64,000 nt of DNA from Schmidtea nova (taxonomy: Eukaryota). The translations under genes were made by a program, and so were the position numbers. The DNA is taken from NCBI GenBank assembly GCA_044892505.1, contig CM097884.1:111600001-111664000 (forward strand), given 5' to 3'. The notes below the pieces were generated by a model. The model was not told the DNA's origin. It was given only the letters and a program-made list of their open reading frames with translations, and did not search any database. Below, piece by piece: positions 11,000 through 26,620 of the stretch. Numbering within the stretch: the stretch's first letter is position 1; every line of letters starts with the position of its first letter.

Positions 11000-13900
11000 A
11001 GTGTATTTAGATTCTCATAGAAATAATAAAATTACTGAAATCAAATTCATTATTTTCAACAAAACAGTTATGTAAGATTTATTTCTCAATATAACTTTCA
11101 TTAACACTGATGCGCTTTCCCCATCATTCCAAGGCTGATTTGAAGGCCTAAACGAAGATTTTTTACCTTTCTCCCCAAAGAGTTTCTTTTTTTTCTTTCA
11201 AGCATTCATTATTTCAAACTCTTTACCTCTCAAATATTTTTTTAAATGATTTAATAATCAAAATTCACTTGGTGCATAATCTAGCATGTATAGTGAATGG
11301 TATAACGGCAAAAATTTTTATTTTGGTAGTGTTTCTTGTTTTCCAAAAGATTTGTGAATTGGGGAGCTGTCTTGGAGCAAAAGACGGTCCGAGTTTTGTG
11401 GCTTGCTATGTATAACCCAGGTTTCATTGGTCAAAGTCGTGTAATGGTGTGAGTTGATGTTGTCGTTTGAAAATTTATTCTTCAAGAGTCCTTAGACATT
11501 TCAAATTACGCTCCATATCACACATTTGCGATATGTAGGGCTTAAATAGAAGCACTTTAGATTTTTGTCTGGAGTGCGATATTTAGTGTCCAAAATATAC
11601 CTCATTTTCTATGACAATATTTGCCTGAAAGCCTTATTCCATGCAATTTAATAGGAAAAGGTTGTTTTTAAAAGCACATGCCATGAAATGAACCCGCTAC
11701 ACAATTTGTTTTTTCAATTGATCCAACATAAGTTCTACTGTTCTCTTGAAAAATTTTAGTTTGACAAACAATTCCATTTGTCTGATGTTTATATTCTTAG
11801 ACAAGATTTCTTTCAATTTTGCGATTTTCTCTTTATCAATCTCTACAGATCTTCTGTTTTTTTACTGTAAAAAACCCATGTTTTGCCTGACAAAACTCTG
11901 AAGTTAAATCTAAATACATTAAAACAAACTATAAATTTATAATTTTAATGTATCTCTCATTTCAAATATAAAAGATCTTTGTTCTAACTGTATTATTTAA
12001 ATGCGAGTCTAGGGGTATTTTTAGCCTTACCACGTATCTGGTTACTACGCATCACTACATCAAAGTGGTACGAAAGAAGTTTATTTTTAAAGATTCTATT
12101 CATATTTATCTAGATTCCTAAATTACTCAATGGAAATACATTTTCCGCTTTATGATCCGGGAGAAGCCGGATAGTTTGGGTAAGAATTTAATATTTGCAA
12201 GTCATACTATTGTTAAGGTTTGATTATATAATTATTTTATATAATATTTTATAATTCCAAAATTTCCATATAATAAAATTTTGCAGCAAATTAAGTTTAC
12301 AAGTGAGTTAAAAGAAATAAGCTGCTAGTCAAATTATTACGTAATTATATAAACATGCATTTGAGAATGGCATTAAATTATTTCTATTTGGTTAGTGCTA
12401 GACCGATGTCAGTGAAGTCTAAGAAAACCAATTTTTGGATTATGTCGAGAAATTCCTTAATATTGTGAAAAAATGAAAATGTGTGATTGATAAACAATCA
12501 TAATCCTAGATTAAGAGATTCCCTCCAAGCGAGTTTAAGATTTTCTACAGATTCACCAAAAAAATTTATATATTATTCACAAATAAGAATAATAAATATT
12601 ACATCAGTGAGTTTTATTAGGTTTATTGTTTAGCTATTTTTGAGATGAAAATGTTTATAATTTAAACAAAAAAAAATAATATTAAGAGAAATTAAAAATA
12701 ATTTTGTCTAAATTAAAAACATCAAAATTATTCGGTAAAATTAAATTAATTTCGATTTTTTCCTTAAAATTATAAATCTTTTATTTTCGTTTATTTTTTT
12801 AGATATTTTAGGAACCTAAGATGATTATTTACAATAATTTTCAGAACAGCGTAATAAAGTATTTTTATTTTTCAAATGTCACAGTGATTTATTTATTCAC
12901 AGAGTATTTTTTTGCCTTTCACCATGGATACACAGTCATTTTGGCTTGTTGGCCATATTTCACAAATGATTATTTTTCGGGATGTTTAATACCTAAATAA
13001 TTTCGTCGACAGCTAATTATGAATGACAACCATTAATAAAACCAATTTAAACGTGCCTAATTTAATTGTTGCGCAATATTCTTTAACCCTTTCACATTAC
13101 CTTTTGAATCATTAAAATTACAATCTTATAACCTCATAAGTTTTGTTTATAAGGTTACAAAATACAGTTTAGTTAATTTTTATTTTTTTTCTCAAATTCG
13201 AAATTTGACAATGGGACAATGCATGTCACAGTAGGGGACACAGATAGGAATTTGAATTAGCAGCTGATTGTCAAGCACAAACATATATTTTCGAAAATCA
13301 TTACAAAATAAGAAAATACAAACACAAAAGCATACCAAAATTAGGGATAAAGTAAAATAAAAATATTATTATTCAACGGTTTACACATGAAACCGAGTAA
13401 AACAGTTATTGCAAAGAGCTACATTGTAACTAGTGCATAATGTGCATAAACATCAACTTTGTGTGTTAATTTGCACTGGCAAATGACGAATGCACTCGAA
13501 TATGCAGAAATATACTATAAAGCCGGTTGGGACAGCCGCTTGTTGTATTACCACCTCAAAGTTAACTGAGACAGATATGTTCCGTTAGGACTGAAAGGGT
13601 TAACGTACTACAATCATTTAAACAAAATATAATGAAGGATGATGTCTCTTATTGTCTCTATATTACATATTCCTTTATATAGTAATTAAAACAATTTTTT
13701 AAATAATTAAAATGAAATTGTCAATAAATGTAACACCTTTTGCATTTAAACAGTAATTACCATTATTTGCATTGATACAGTTACATTACGAAAGTTTGCA
13801 TCAAGTAACATGCGCGAGATGTTATCTAGTGTGAAACGAGTGTGAGGAATCCTTACAGTGCACTTTGGCTTTGCCTATATACTCATGACGGCTTTACCAA

Positions 13901-15198
13901 GTGGATATTCTCAGTTTTAAAGATTCATAGACTTTTAACTTAGCACTCATAAATTTAATTCTGTCAATTATCAGTAAGAAGAATTTGTAGGAAAGTATAG
14001 AAAAAGTATCAAAAAGCATAACATATTTAACTGTTTTTGAATATTTCTGTGGAACAGACAGAATTCTCCAATTGACGGATTGGCTTACAAGGCACTGTTT
14101 GTAAACCCATTTTAGTAGATTCAGGCTAATTAAAAATCCTAGGTACCAAAATGGTAAATATCTTTTAAATGATATTCTCATAAAAGTTTTTAATCTTTTT
14201 GTTGGGTTATTGGGTTGTTAGTGAAATGGTAAAAGTTACCAATCAAATACCTGACTCCAAAGCGTGCTTTTAATTGACCCACAAATAACAATTAACACTG
14301 GAAACTTTATTGAGTATCACAAATATTTTTGAATACACTGAAGGGACCAAAATTCAACAGTTTAACAATCGATTATACAGTGCTTATTACAACACAATGG
14401 TGAAGAACAGCACTTGCGTATAATCTTGGTTTGAATAATCACTCACCACTGAGGAGTATAACAATTGGTAAATTAACTGGTTGGTTTCTTGGTTTGACTT
14501 GGATTTACGCCAAACTTTACTAGGTTATTAACTGAATAAGCTCCTACTGCTTATCTCTTTATTTCTGTTTCTCGCGTCTAACTCTTCTTCAAATTTTCTC
14601 TTTAAGTTTTCCTGCTTTGAATTTCTTCACGATTCTTTTCAATTTCTCCAAATAATATCCTCGTATATTCTTCTGTTTTCCTCTGACTTCGATACTCTAT
14701 TACAAGTAATTTCCCGCAAATATTCCGTCTCTAAATCGTTTTCTCTAACTTTTCCCTTTGACAATATTCTCCTCTAAAAAGTTCTCTCTAACAATATTCT
14801 GCCTACTTCTTCTGTGCTTCCTCCTTTTATACCTCGTCACTTTGTGGCGCTTAAGTTTATCTTTCATTTCCCATTTTTCCTCCACATAAATCCCTGACAT
14901 TTTCTGCAACGGAGTTATCTCTGACAGATGTCAAGATATTCTCTGCTTTTCCTTTTTGCTGCTCCGGCCTGATTTCTTTTCGTTTTCGTTATCTCTGACA
15001 AGCTGTTGAGATAAGTACATCGTTGTTGTTTCTGTTTTTTCCGACTTTGAAATTCCTTTCCCTTTTGTACTAATTAATTAGTGCTGATCTTTATTTTTGT
15101 TTTCTTCTCTGATTTATTTTGTCTGATTCCTCTTTCTCGTTTCTTTTAATTCCGTTTTCTTTTCCGTGTAACCATTAACCGTCTCCTTCGTCATGACA
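11000..15198 (-). mobile_element. Decayed Gypsy-type LTR retrotransposon remnant with an LTR-like segment at about 14520-15198
   Basis: On the minus strand: frameshifted RT and RNase H fragments (EVYFGH*IS near 11600; KKYLRGKEFEI near 11230) and a gag-like fragment near 13900-14100. The purine-rich segment starts TGTCATG after GGGGGAAAAT and has TATAAAAGG and AATAAA. Boundaries are approximate. Confidence 0.45.
13087..13599. mobile_element. piggyBac-like non-autonomous element
   Basis: TTAA|CCCTTTCA ... TGAAAGGG|TTAA. Confidence 0.6.
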
Positions 15199-16749
15199 AT
15201 TTTCCCCCAGATAATTTTATTTATTTTTTCGTAAATTGTTATTTAATCCTCAACATTTTTCTAATTTTCATTTTTGTTTATTTTATTTTTTTCAGCCAAT
15301 ATATTCAAAATATTATTTCTCTTTTGCAATCTTTTGAATTCTTTTTGTAATGAATTAAATTTTCGAAAAATATTTTTTGAATTATTTAAAAACAATATTA
15401 AATGTTTTATATTTTTTAATCGTTATAAAATAACAAAATTGTGCATAAACAATGAAGTGGGCTTGAAATAAATTNNNNNNNNNNNNNNNNNNNNNNNNNN
15501 NNNNNNNNNNNNNNNNNNNNNNNNNNNNNNNNNNNNNNNNNNNNNNNNNNNNNNNNNNNNNNNNNNNNNNNNNNNNNNNNNNNNNNNNNNNNNNNNNNNN
15601 NNNNNNNNNNNNNNNNNNNNNNNNNNNNNNNNNNNNNNTTTACAAATTTAGTAATCCTTGTTTTAATGTTCACTAAAAAATGGCAAGCAAACAAATTCAA
15701 ATGCAAAAAAGGACTGTTTTATTACATAAAAAGCAGCAGGCAAATCGAAATGCAAAGATGACAGATTTATTAAATAAAAAACACCAAGCAAACTTAAATG
15801 CGAAGATGAAAGATTTATTAAATAAAAAGCACCAAGAAAACTCAAATGCAAAGATGACAATTTCATTAAATATGAAGGAGGAAGCAATTCAAAACTCAAC
15901 GCGCCGACATTTTTATTATAATAAACGTTCATTATTGATAGTAATTTATTTCAGAGTTACTAAATAGAACTTTTCAAGAGATTTTCAGTTAAAGTTTGAA
16001 AATGCTACAATTTGAGATAATTTTTATTTATAAAAATAATATTTTATTAGTCGAATTTTTATAATACACCGCGTATATTTTACATTAGAAAAATAGTATT
16101 AATTTAATAAAAATGATAATACGCGTTATACACCGAGTCAGTGGCAATTTTTCAAATATACAAAAATTTAAATGGTAAAAATATTTTGTGTTAGCAAGGT
16201 GATAATGTCCCCCAGTGTTTTTTTTTATTTAATAATAATGTATTTAGTAATCTTCAACTTTTTAATTTCTCATCTGAATAAAATTTAAAGTTTTCAATGT
16301 TATCATCAAAATCATTTGTCAGGTTATTCAATTAAACTTCTCTCATCGCTTTCAGCACTTAAATCCTGTAATTCTCTAAGACCACTATATTTATTGATGC
16401 CTGCTTTCTTAAACCCATTCTCAAGACATTCCGGGCTGATCTCATTTTGTACCTTTTTAATGAACGTGTCCACTTTTTATAAGATGTATGTTTTTGGTTT
16501 CTACACTTGGTATATCATGTTTTACTTTGATAATGCCTTTTTTAGGAAGTTCTAATATTTGATTAAATAATCTTTACATTAGTTAAATATTATGAATGTA
16601 GAACTTAAGTGAGTCTTCATAGTTAATTAAACACTCTAAGAATATATTTTACTATTATTTGTGCATTCTTGTTAAGTAATAAGGCGTAGAATCATACTTC
16701 AGTATTAATCTTCTTTTGCGTTAAAATCAATGCTCTTTAGGAGTTACCT

Positions 16750-17990
16750 TTTATTATCGTTTTACTTATCAAAATAACCATTGAATTGCACTTATCCCAA
16801 TGTATAGTGACACATAAAACCTCAGGTAAGTTACACTTTTCAATATCACTAGTTACAATTTTTACCTTCTCAGCCCTTCTTCTTCGATGTCCTTTAGTTT
16901 GTTAGTATATGAAATGCAACATGGATTTCATGGTTATTGTCAATATGTGCAAATTACCAAGATTTTATTTTATATATTATGAACATCATGAAGAATTCCA
17001 CTTTATATCTACAATTGGATAGTAATGATTGACTAAATAAGGTTACACTATTTTTCTAATCTTTTAAACTTGATAGTTTCTTCTCGTTTATGATCTTTAA
17101 TGATTAGACCTGTATTTTTATGGTGAAGACACTATGACTTTTTTAGTCTTAATACTATCACCCAATACTTAAACTCTAATAATTTTTCCTATTGCGTATT
17201 TCACCTCGGTATTATTTCCAACACTTGATTTGCTGTTCTTCCTTATCAAATATATATCTTATCTTACTGGAATTCGTTTCTCAGGGAATTTCCATTCACA
17301 GGACTCATGATTTTACTTAGCAAAATACTTGGATAAAGAAATTTCATCGGTAGTAACGATAATTTTAAGTAATATGTCATCATGTTTATCAAAATTGGAA
17401 AGGTTTGTCACGCATCTCAAAGTAAAGAAAACGTGGAACAAACATAGATACAAATTGTCTTATGTCAGATGCATCCAGGATGGCATGATTATTTCTGGTA
17501 CTCACATTCAACCGCCGTAAGATATTAATATTTTCCTTTTTTTGGTCAGAAATTTCACAATGACGAACAACTTTCTCATCATCAAACACTGACTGCACCC
17601 ATGTTTGAACTAGCTAAACAAATAATAGATTGTGGTACAAGAGGGGCATATATTGCCATAAGTTGTCTGCAACTAATCCAATATTTGCTGACTGTTATTA
17701 TCACGCAAAACAAAGAATTTAATCAACCTTCGATACTTGACAGGATATAGCATGATTTGAGAAATAAATTGAAAATGTACAATCCCACATTGCGATGTAA
17801 GTGTATATTAACAATTTCAGTGGCACAAAAAACACAGATCTTTTGCAACATGCTGTTGTCAGACACATCGACTTGACAACTTTAGTAAAAAAGTCACTGT
17901 CACACATTTACGACTGACACAAAAACTGTTACATAAATTACCGATGAAAAAACCTGAATTTACTTTTCAAAATAATAATTTATTTTTTTG
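16750..17990 (-). pseudogene. Decayed mariner transposase element
   Basis: Minus strand carries an N-terminal HTH region homologous to 20449-20640, then NHAILDASDIRQFVSMFVPRFL (WVPxxL-like) and LHIDNNHEIH (HDNARPH-like). Many stops. Confidence 0.65.
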
Positions 17991-18929
17991 GATATACCAG
18001 TTAAAAAGAGATAAATTACCTTGGTAAATTGATTCAAGTAATGGAATAATAAACACTAATAGAAAAGAAGCCACAGACAAAAACGATCACCAAAGTGCAG
18101 TAGTTTTCAAATTTTCTGTAACTCCGTTTCATCCCTCCTTTTCATAAAAATTGTTTCCATAACAATTTCATTTCAATTCTATATTTTGTATACATTTAGT
18201 TTTTATTTATTTGTTAAACATGTTTATTTGTAATAGTGTAAATATTAATTTGTAATATATTCAACAAATCTTACAAAAATACAAAATGTTTACTACAAGG
18301 AATTTTGAAACCGGTTAACTGGTTAATGCAAAAAATAAATTATTATTTTGACAAGTATATCCAGGTTCTTTTGCGGGTCACTCGGTAAATTATACCTGCC
18401 TATAAACTGCGCTAATAAATGACAATATGATTTATTATTTCAAAACAAAAGGAAGGAAGTAACAATGATAAATCAACATATATTTAAATTTGTGATTCCT
18501 AATAAAAATAACATCATATTTCAATCATGGATATTTGCGGATAAATATGTGTAAACCTAATTAAAAATGAACTGAAAAGATTTGATATTTTATTAGCAAA
18601 TATTGTAGCAATCACTTGAGGAGGGGGCTTCAATAGGGGGGGTAGCAATGACATTTATTAATGCAAGTTATTAATTGCGCCTTGCAAAGGGAATCCAACT
18701 GACTATGAATAATTTTCTATATATGAGAACTAATTTAGTAATAGTTCCGGATCAAAGTCACAAACCCATTGAATGGCCAGATCTATATGATTCTGAAATC
18801 TCTCCTGATCCTAGCAATGAAGACTACAAAAATAATGGCGAAGTAGTACCAGGCATGGCTATTGAATCTCACTTGAATCCTTTACAACTGAGTTTTCTGA
18901 GAAGTAATTTGCGAGATTGTTGTCAGCAC

Positions 18930-19330
18930 AGAACGATAAGATCCCACGAAACCATGTAAAAATAATTCTGGTAAAGAACGTTTGTTAATATTCGACTGTC
19001 AAACGCTCTGGAATAATTTGTGGCTGTGGAGAAACATTTCTCGATGATTAAAAATTGTGTTAGAAAGAGTGCAAAAGATTTAAAATTCAGATATAAATTT
19101 ATCGGATAAAGAACTTGCATTGTGACCTGATCCAATATTTGCATCAGAGCCGATCAAAATTGCTTTTAAAACATTTCCTTGTTTAAACATCAAAATAAAA
19201 TAAAAATGTAAAAGTGTTAAGCCTTTCTCCGCAATGTTTTTTTAATAAAATATTTCGATCTTAATAAGATCCTGATCACTCCAATACGAAATTCTTTCCA
19301 ATTGACTTATCTCTTCTTTCTAAATATTTC
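18930..19330 (-). pseudogene. Possible hAT transposase C-terminal (dimerisation) remnant
   Basis: KYW...... followed, after a frameshift, by IEKCFSTATNYSRAFDSRIL, which resembles ERxFS...R..L. Confidence 0.35.
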
Positions 19331-20249
19331 CCTTCGACACAACTACATAATTTATAAACATTAAATTGTATATTGCTTACGATTCATTGACGTTTATGTT
19401 TGACTGATTAACAAGTCAAAACAGTTTTTGGTAATGAACCCAATAATGCTTTGATAAATAGTATAAAAGACGAACTTCTTATTATAATGTTCGGCAATAT
19501 CTTTTTAATCCCGATCACAAAATGGGGAATAACGAATATTATCACATTTTCAATAAGACGAGTAAAATTCTAATCGGGGAATTAATATAACGCATGTGTA
19601 ATAAACATGAAGAAGATGGTACTGAACTACCAGAAAAAAATAAGTGATTTTGTTTTTGAAGGTTTAGCAAGCTCATGTCTTTTGACATCTTCTTCTACTA
19701 CATCAATACTCCGTTTTCCATTATTTCTAAAATATTTCAAGAATAAATATCTGTTCCAAATAAAACAAATGTTAAATCATGTTGTCAAAAAAGAAATGGG
19801 ATATTTACAACAGGAAAGAATTAAAGGAAAATATATTCAAATGGTATATGATTTCTTTAAATTTGCAAAACTAACAAGAGTAGAAAATGGGAGAACTCTA
19901 GCGATTTTTAAAATATCTTTGATGCAATGGAATTTAGAAGCATAATTTGGTTTTTACTTTTAAAGAAAATAGAAAAGAAAGAAATTGTTTAACAGATTAA
20001 AGAAGCATATGGAAATGAGGCTATATGTACGTGGTATATGTAAGTGGTATATGTACGTGCTATATGTGCGTGCTATATGTTCGTGGTACGTTCAATAAGT
20101 ACTTGGATTACCCCATAAATAACAATATTCTTGTAAAATAATAATATTTTATCTATGGTTACAAATATATGGTTTGCTTTAACACTCTCAGTGTCATGTT
20201 AGACAAAACTCATTGACAATACTTTGCTGTTCAAACCGAAAGTTTTTTA

Positions 20250-20860
20250 TGATAAGTAAGCCTGTTTTTGAAAAGGTTTCTGTCTCAGTCGTAAATATGT
20301 GACAGTGACTTTTTTAAATAAAGTTGTCAAGTCGATGTGTTTAACAACTGCATGTTGTAAAAGACCTGTGTTTTTGTGCCACTGAAATTGTTAATATACA
20401 CTTACATCGCAATGTGGGATTGTACATTTTCAATTTATTTCTCAAATCATGCTATATCCTGTCAAGTATCGAAGGTTGATTAAATTCTTTGTTTTGCGTG
20501 ATAATAACAGTCAGCAAATATTGGATCAGTTGCAGACAACTTACGGCAATATATGCCCCTCTTGTACCACAATCTATTATTTGATTAGCCAGTTCAAACA
20601 TGGTCGCAGTCAGTGTTTGATGACGAGAAATTTGGTGATAATTGTGAAATTCCTGACCAAAAAAAGGAAAAGTGCTGTTGATGAAAGTGTTTTGGCACAA
20701 AACTTTGACGGGAATTAACAACGTCAATGTTGTTATACAAAGTAAAGGGATATATTCCTTAATGTTAAAATTGCTCCGATCAAATATTAAATTCAGGAGA
20801 TGTAGCCTTAAGCAAACAAACGAACTTTTAGGTAATAAACAAGATGGTGGATAAAACCTT
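20250..20860 (+). pseudogene. 5' fragment of a mariner element, same family as 16750-17990 in opposite orientation
   Basis: RRLIKFFVLRDNNSQQILDQLQTTYGNICPSCTTIYYLISQFKHGRS is a mariner N-terminal HTH. 20280-20660 is a diverged reverse complement of 17540-17930. Confidence 0.75.
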
Positions 20861-22659
20861 TGAACGAGAATGAACAAAAGAAGATCTGAAGGAGATCTGA
20901 AGGAGATCTGAAGGAGAAACTCTTAATAGAATGCTCAAATGTGAGAGAGTTAAAAAGTTAAGTATGTCTAAATCAGATCAAAGGAGTAGACCAAATAAAA
21001 GAGAAAATCACAAGGTTACACAGGAACATAAGATGACTGAGAAAACTATGGCCATAGAAAGAAGGAGTCCAAAATCAGAAATTATAAGAAGTTACAAAGA
21101 TGGAGCCAGAACGAAGAACAATCATACACAGAGATCATATATGCAGACAATACATTACTATAAACCGGAAGTAAGAAGATATTGCGGCTTTAGTTGAACA
21201 GAAACAGAATATAATAAGATATGACAGCATGTAGGGCCGACCAAGTGTAACAATCTAGATCAATGGAGAAGTCATAGAGTGTTTATTGGAAAACGAAACA
21301 CGAATTAATGTTATGAGCTGGAATATATTTCAGAGATTACGAGGGATTGAGTTGACAAGAACAATAACACTTTGGCGTGCTAACGATTGAAAATTAGAAA
21401 TAAAAGGTAGTGCAGAAATGAAAGTCAATATGAATGATATGGAGAGAGAAATAAAGTTCACTACCGTTGAACAACTAACACTAGCATTGATTTACAGTTT
21501 AGTAATACTCAGGACAACACAGAGACGAGCAACCACGCTGAGATCATAGAAGCCTAATTTCAGGGAGTTATTACAGATGGAGAACGGTTTCAGAAGGCCA
21601 GAGATACGATGAAGATAAAAGATCCAAATATTATAGAAATAATAAGGAAGAATCAGAATGTGTTTATGGCAGATAAATGGGATTTAGGTTGTACATAGTT
21701 ATCGAAACATAGAATTGAGACACAAGGAGGACAGACAACTATTAAGCCGTGTAAGCAATTGATCACTTTAGAAGGAAAGATTGATGAGGCAATTAATAAT
21801 CTGTGGGAGAATAACATTTACAAGAAGTGTAATTCTCCTTGGAACACACCGTTAATTTGAGTGTGGAAAAAAGAAAAACAGGATGCCAGGCTGTGTCTAG
21901 ATTTCAGACAGTTAAGTTTAGTGACGGTGAGACAGGCTTTCCCAATTCCAAATATATCAGAATTATTAGATAAACTGGGGTGAGCTCAGTATCTCACTTC
22001 GATTGACCTAGGTAATGCATACTATCAGGTTCAGCTGGATAAAGAATCAAAAGAAAAGACAGCTTTTTCAACGAAGGTAGGAAAATTTGCTTTAATAGAA
22101 TCCCCTTTGTAATAACATTGGCACCAGGAACCTTTAAAGAGCTCATGCTGAAAATACTGGAAAACAGAGCTCGTACGGCAGTTTACTTGGACAACATCTT
22201 AATATGCACAAATTCAATCAATGAACACTATTAAGTTCTGGAGGATGTATTAAAAAGAATAGGGAAAGCTGGTTTGAGAATTAATTCTGAGAAATGCCAC
22301 ATTTTAAAAACGGAGGTTAAGTTCCTGGGGCACATTATCAAAGAAAAGGTATTCAGACCGATCCAACGAAAACAGAGTCAATACGATCGTTCCAAAGACC
22401 AAAATGTATCAAGAGTTTTAGAAGTTTCCTAGTGATATGTAATTATTACAGGATCTTTATTGAAAGATACTCAGAAAAGTCGAGAGCACTAGAAGAACTG
22501 TGTGAGAAGAATAAAGAAAAGAAGCTAGTATGGACAGATAATATGAAATACATAGTAAAAAAATAATTAAAGAATGTGAATTGTGTCAAAGAGTAAAGGT
22601 AGTAACATCAACTACAAAAGAGAAAACGATAAAATTATCAGCAAATGAAACATTTGAGA

Positions 22660-22695
<36 letters not shown>

Positions 22696-24150
22696 AAGGC
22701 CGGTATCAAGACAAGACGAAGAGACAAAAGAAACTATCATGAGGAATTGGATATTAAGATTTGGAGCACCAATGGAGATCCATGTAGAATGTGGGAAGGT
22801 ATTCGAATTAAGAACAAGGTCGACAGAAATATAATTTTGCTTTTCAAGTCCATATCATCATAATACGAACGGTATCATAGAGAGGCTATTCAGAAAGATA
22901 AGGGATTACATAAATAAGTCATTGAAGGAGAGGAATGCAATAATACAGAAGTGTTGATGTTCCCAAAATCTCAACTTGATGATCTTATTTAAATAAGTAA
23001 GTCAACACTGGTTCGAAATAAATCTTATTTATTTAAAACAAATATAACAATTACCTAAATAAAATAATATTACATCCACCAGTTTAATTGTTTTTTGTAT
23101 TTGTGTGTATATGTTATATATTTAATGTGTAATGCTGAATACAGCTCTGAACTCAATTTACTGTATGCTCTAGTTTAGATTTACAAAGTCGATGACAACT
23201 TAGGAATTCTTCTTAAGCGAAAATTCTATAGATGATTTAACTGAAAAATCACTCAGTTTATATACTAATATTTGAGACACTTAATATGCCGATAATGATT
23301 CTTATTTTTCTACTTAAATTTATTAAAATTGTTTTCAAAACAGAATTGTTTTCTAACCTTGGAATTATTTAATTTTGCTGACCTTTGTAGGTCATAAATA
23401 TAATTTATTTAAACAAACAGCAATTTATTTATTTTAATTTATTTAAACAATCAGTATTATTTATTTTATTTTGATTGTTATAATTTATTTTATTATAGTA
23501 AAATATTAAAATATAAATGAATATATAAACCATTTTCCAAATAGTTAAAAGAATCAATTTACATAAAATATTTTTACAACAAAATATTCTTTCAAAATTA
23601 AATAAAATTTTATCATTACTTGTGTCCATCACCATAAAATAAAAAAATGTCTATAAATGTTCGCAAGATCACAAATTGTAAATTGATAAATTGTCATAAT
23701 TATATTGTCACAAATTAATTGTCATTTGATTCATTGTTTGATCTTGATTGCCGACTACATGTAAATTTATTCTATATTTTTTTCTTCCTATTCTGTAGTT
23801 ATCATTAATTTCAAATATGTCAACTATTCTTCATGTATCTAATAGAAGTTGATTGGTAAGAGTTCAGCAGAGGTAATATTTGGACGTAAAATATTTAGAA
23901 AACTATGACACACAGGTTATAGACCCTAAATCCGAAAGTCGGAGCTAAAAGGAGGAACACCTGAACAGATACCAACAAAGAAGTCTTTCAATCAAGGAAA
24001 AAGACCTTATCAAGATTGAATTAAGAGCGAAAGAAATAGATATATATGAAGGGCCGTACGAGATTTCTCAGAAAATACACGACAGGCGATAATACAAAGA
24101 AATGGTAAAAAGATGAAATATTTTAAAGAAAGAGGATGTGATATGCAGTC
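20860..24150 (+). mobile_element. Decayed Gypsy gag-pol remnant
   Basis: CNSPWNTPLI..RLCLDFRQL..AFPIPNISELLDKLG..SIDLGNAYYQV..KTAFS and VYLDNIL (21820-22200), with integrase-like fragments beyond 22550. Many stops and frameshifts. Confidence 0.85.
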
Positions 24151-26620
24151 CACTGATTAAAATAGCAATTCAGAAATTTTTAGGAATTTGTAAAAATTTG
24201 AGAAAGTTTTTATAAAGTTTTTATTGTAATTTAAGAAATTTTAATTTTGAAATAAAATTAATGAAATTTAAAACAAATTTTTATTTTGATTAATGGATTA
24301 AAAGTTTGTTTAAATAATAATTGAAATTTAATTCAATTTAAATAATTAAACAAGTCATTTTGAATAAATAAAAATTTAAAAATACTCATGACTTTTAATT
24401 TTCAAAATGATACAACCAACAGCTTCGTTGCGGCTAACAGTTTGAAATGAATAAAATAAAAATTGATAAATATTCAAAAGAAATCTCACATATTTTACAA
24501 TGAGTTATAAATTTTAATAAATTTTATTTTAATAATTAAAAAATCAAATCATAAGCCATTTAAATATGTTAAATGTTTTCTCAATTATTATTAATTTATT
24601 TGAGAGTAAATTGAAGTTATTTTTCGTAACATAATTTACTTCAATATCAAAAAAATTTAGATTTGATAAACATGCGATTGTGTAATTATAGTTTGTTAAA
24701 AAAAATTTTTGTTTGTTTTAATAGCGTTATAATGGAATTACTTTAAATTGAAAAATTTCAGTCAAACCAATTTAATCTGGATAAAATTTTCTGATAGACA
24801 AACCATTTAATTGATTAAACCTAAACGAGAAAGGTAATTAAAAATGCAATAGCAATTTAGATAATATCAATTCATCATGACGAAAATAAAATACAGAACT
24901 TTATTTGTCAATCTCGATTTGTAATTTTTGTCTTCTGAACAGGGAAAGACTTCCCAAATTTGAGCAGGATTTTTAATTAAATTATCAAGTCAATTAGCAA
25001 AATATGTGAAAGTCTTAGGAATCAGATTTAAATTTAATCTGTAATCGTTCAAAAGAAAATTTTCACTGCTTGTTATAATTAATTATAACTTTATTCATTT
25101 TTCATCACATCACTCGCTTCAAATGTGATCGTCTTTCTACTATGTTCTTGTCACTAGAGATCATATAGTATGAACTGGTGAATAGTGCGCTTCTTCTTAA
25201 TTTTTTCACTCAATATAAATTGGCCTTTTAATTTTTAACATTGAAATCTTTTTCACCTTTTGCTTTGTTTTCATTTTATATATTTTTAGGCGAGAGACGG
25301 AAATTTTGTTTTTTCTCTTATTCAACGCAAATTTTTGGCACTTGTTTTGGCAAGTGTTTATTGTAAAAGAAATGCGAACAGTTTTTATGGAGAATTAATG
25401 GGAAGTCTAAATGGCGTTCAAATATATGATGGACCAATGGCGAATTATCATCAGTGTTAAAGTGAATTATGTGATTAAAGATAAAAATAAAAATACTGTT
25501 TTTCTTTAATAGTGTTTATATCAGTCTAGGGATATTTTGCCAATTGCTTATCAGGTACCATGGAAGGTTTCAAATGTTACTGATAAACATTATAATGTAT
25601 ACACACAATTGGTAATGTTACAATTTTCTGAATGTTTAATTACTGAATTTTAATTTCTGCCATATATATATATATGTGTGTGTGTGTGTGATCTATTATT
25701 CTTTTAGTGTCATTGTCTACTTGTTTTCATATTTCTTTAATCTTGGGATTATTTATTCAACATAATGAATAAGCCATTCAATTTTGTGATATGTATAAAA
25801 ATGATTGTTTGTAGTGTTTTGGAAATGTGAAAAGTCATATTTTAATTAAGAAATATATCGGTTAAGATTTTGATAAAAATCCTAATTATTTTAACATAAA
25901 ATAAATTTATTCTTTTATTTTGATTTTTTTAAATCATAGATCAAAGAAATCCTTTTCTTGTTCATTACAAGTTTTTACAGTTTTTATTATTCATTATTAT
26001 TTAAATGGAAATAATATTTGAAAAAGGTAGTGCCGAGAATGTTTGTTGGATATTGTTGCGCTATTTGGTTGTTGTCAAAATAAAAATTTACCAAAATTCT
26101 CTGACTCCAATTGTGCTTTATTTAACCCATAAAATAATAATTTTAAGACAATATGAACCTTTATTGATTTTCACAAATTACTACACAGATTACAATGGCA
26201 CGACAAATTCAATATCAGCACAGGTAACTACACGTTTTCCAATAATACAACTCTATTTTGACTCAATAAATTTCTTGATACGTGTTCTCTACTCCAATAA
26301 AATTTCTTCAATCTTTATTATTTTTAATTTATCTTATCTAAGTTCAAATTCCTCTGCTGTGGTTTCTCTCTTTTATAGTCTATCGCTCTCTAGTACATTG
26401 GATTAATTTTGTTTCTTGCTTACAGCACATTTCATTTTTCCTTATGGTTCCTTACTATATCTGACCGCGGTCAAAATATATGATTTTTAATTATTTCAAT
26501 TTTTTGTTTCCCGACTTTCCCGTAAGACTTTCGATATCTCTGCAAACTGTCGAGATTTATATGTTCATCTTGTTTTTGTTTTCGATTTTGGAATTCATTT
26601 TACCATTTTGTACTTGTTAA

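Noticed and set aside
11355-11385. Plus-strand GAVLEQK resembling an RNase H motif
   Set aside because: The surrounding RT and RNase H remnants read on the minus strand. A 7-residue match is not enough to call an inversion.
26005-26406. 133-aa ORF
   Set aside because: Low-complexity composition and no motif. It lies in the predicted intron of the disrupted host gene.
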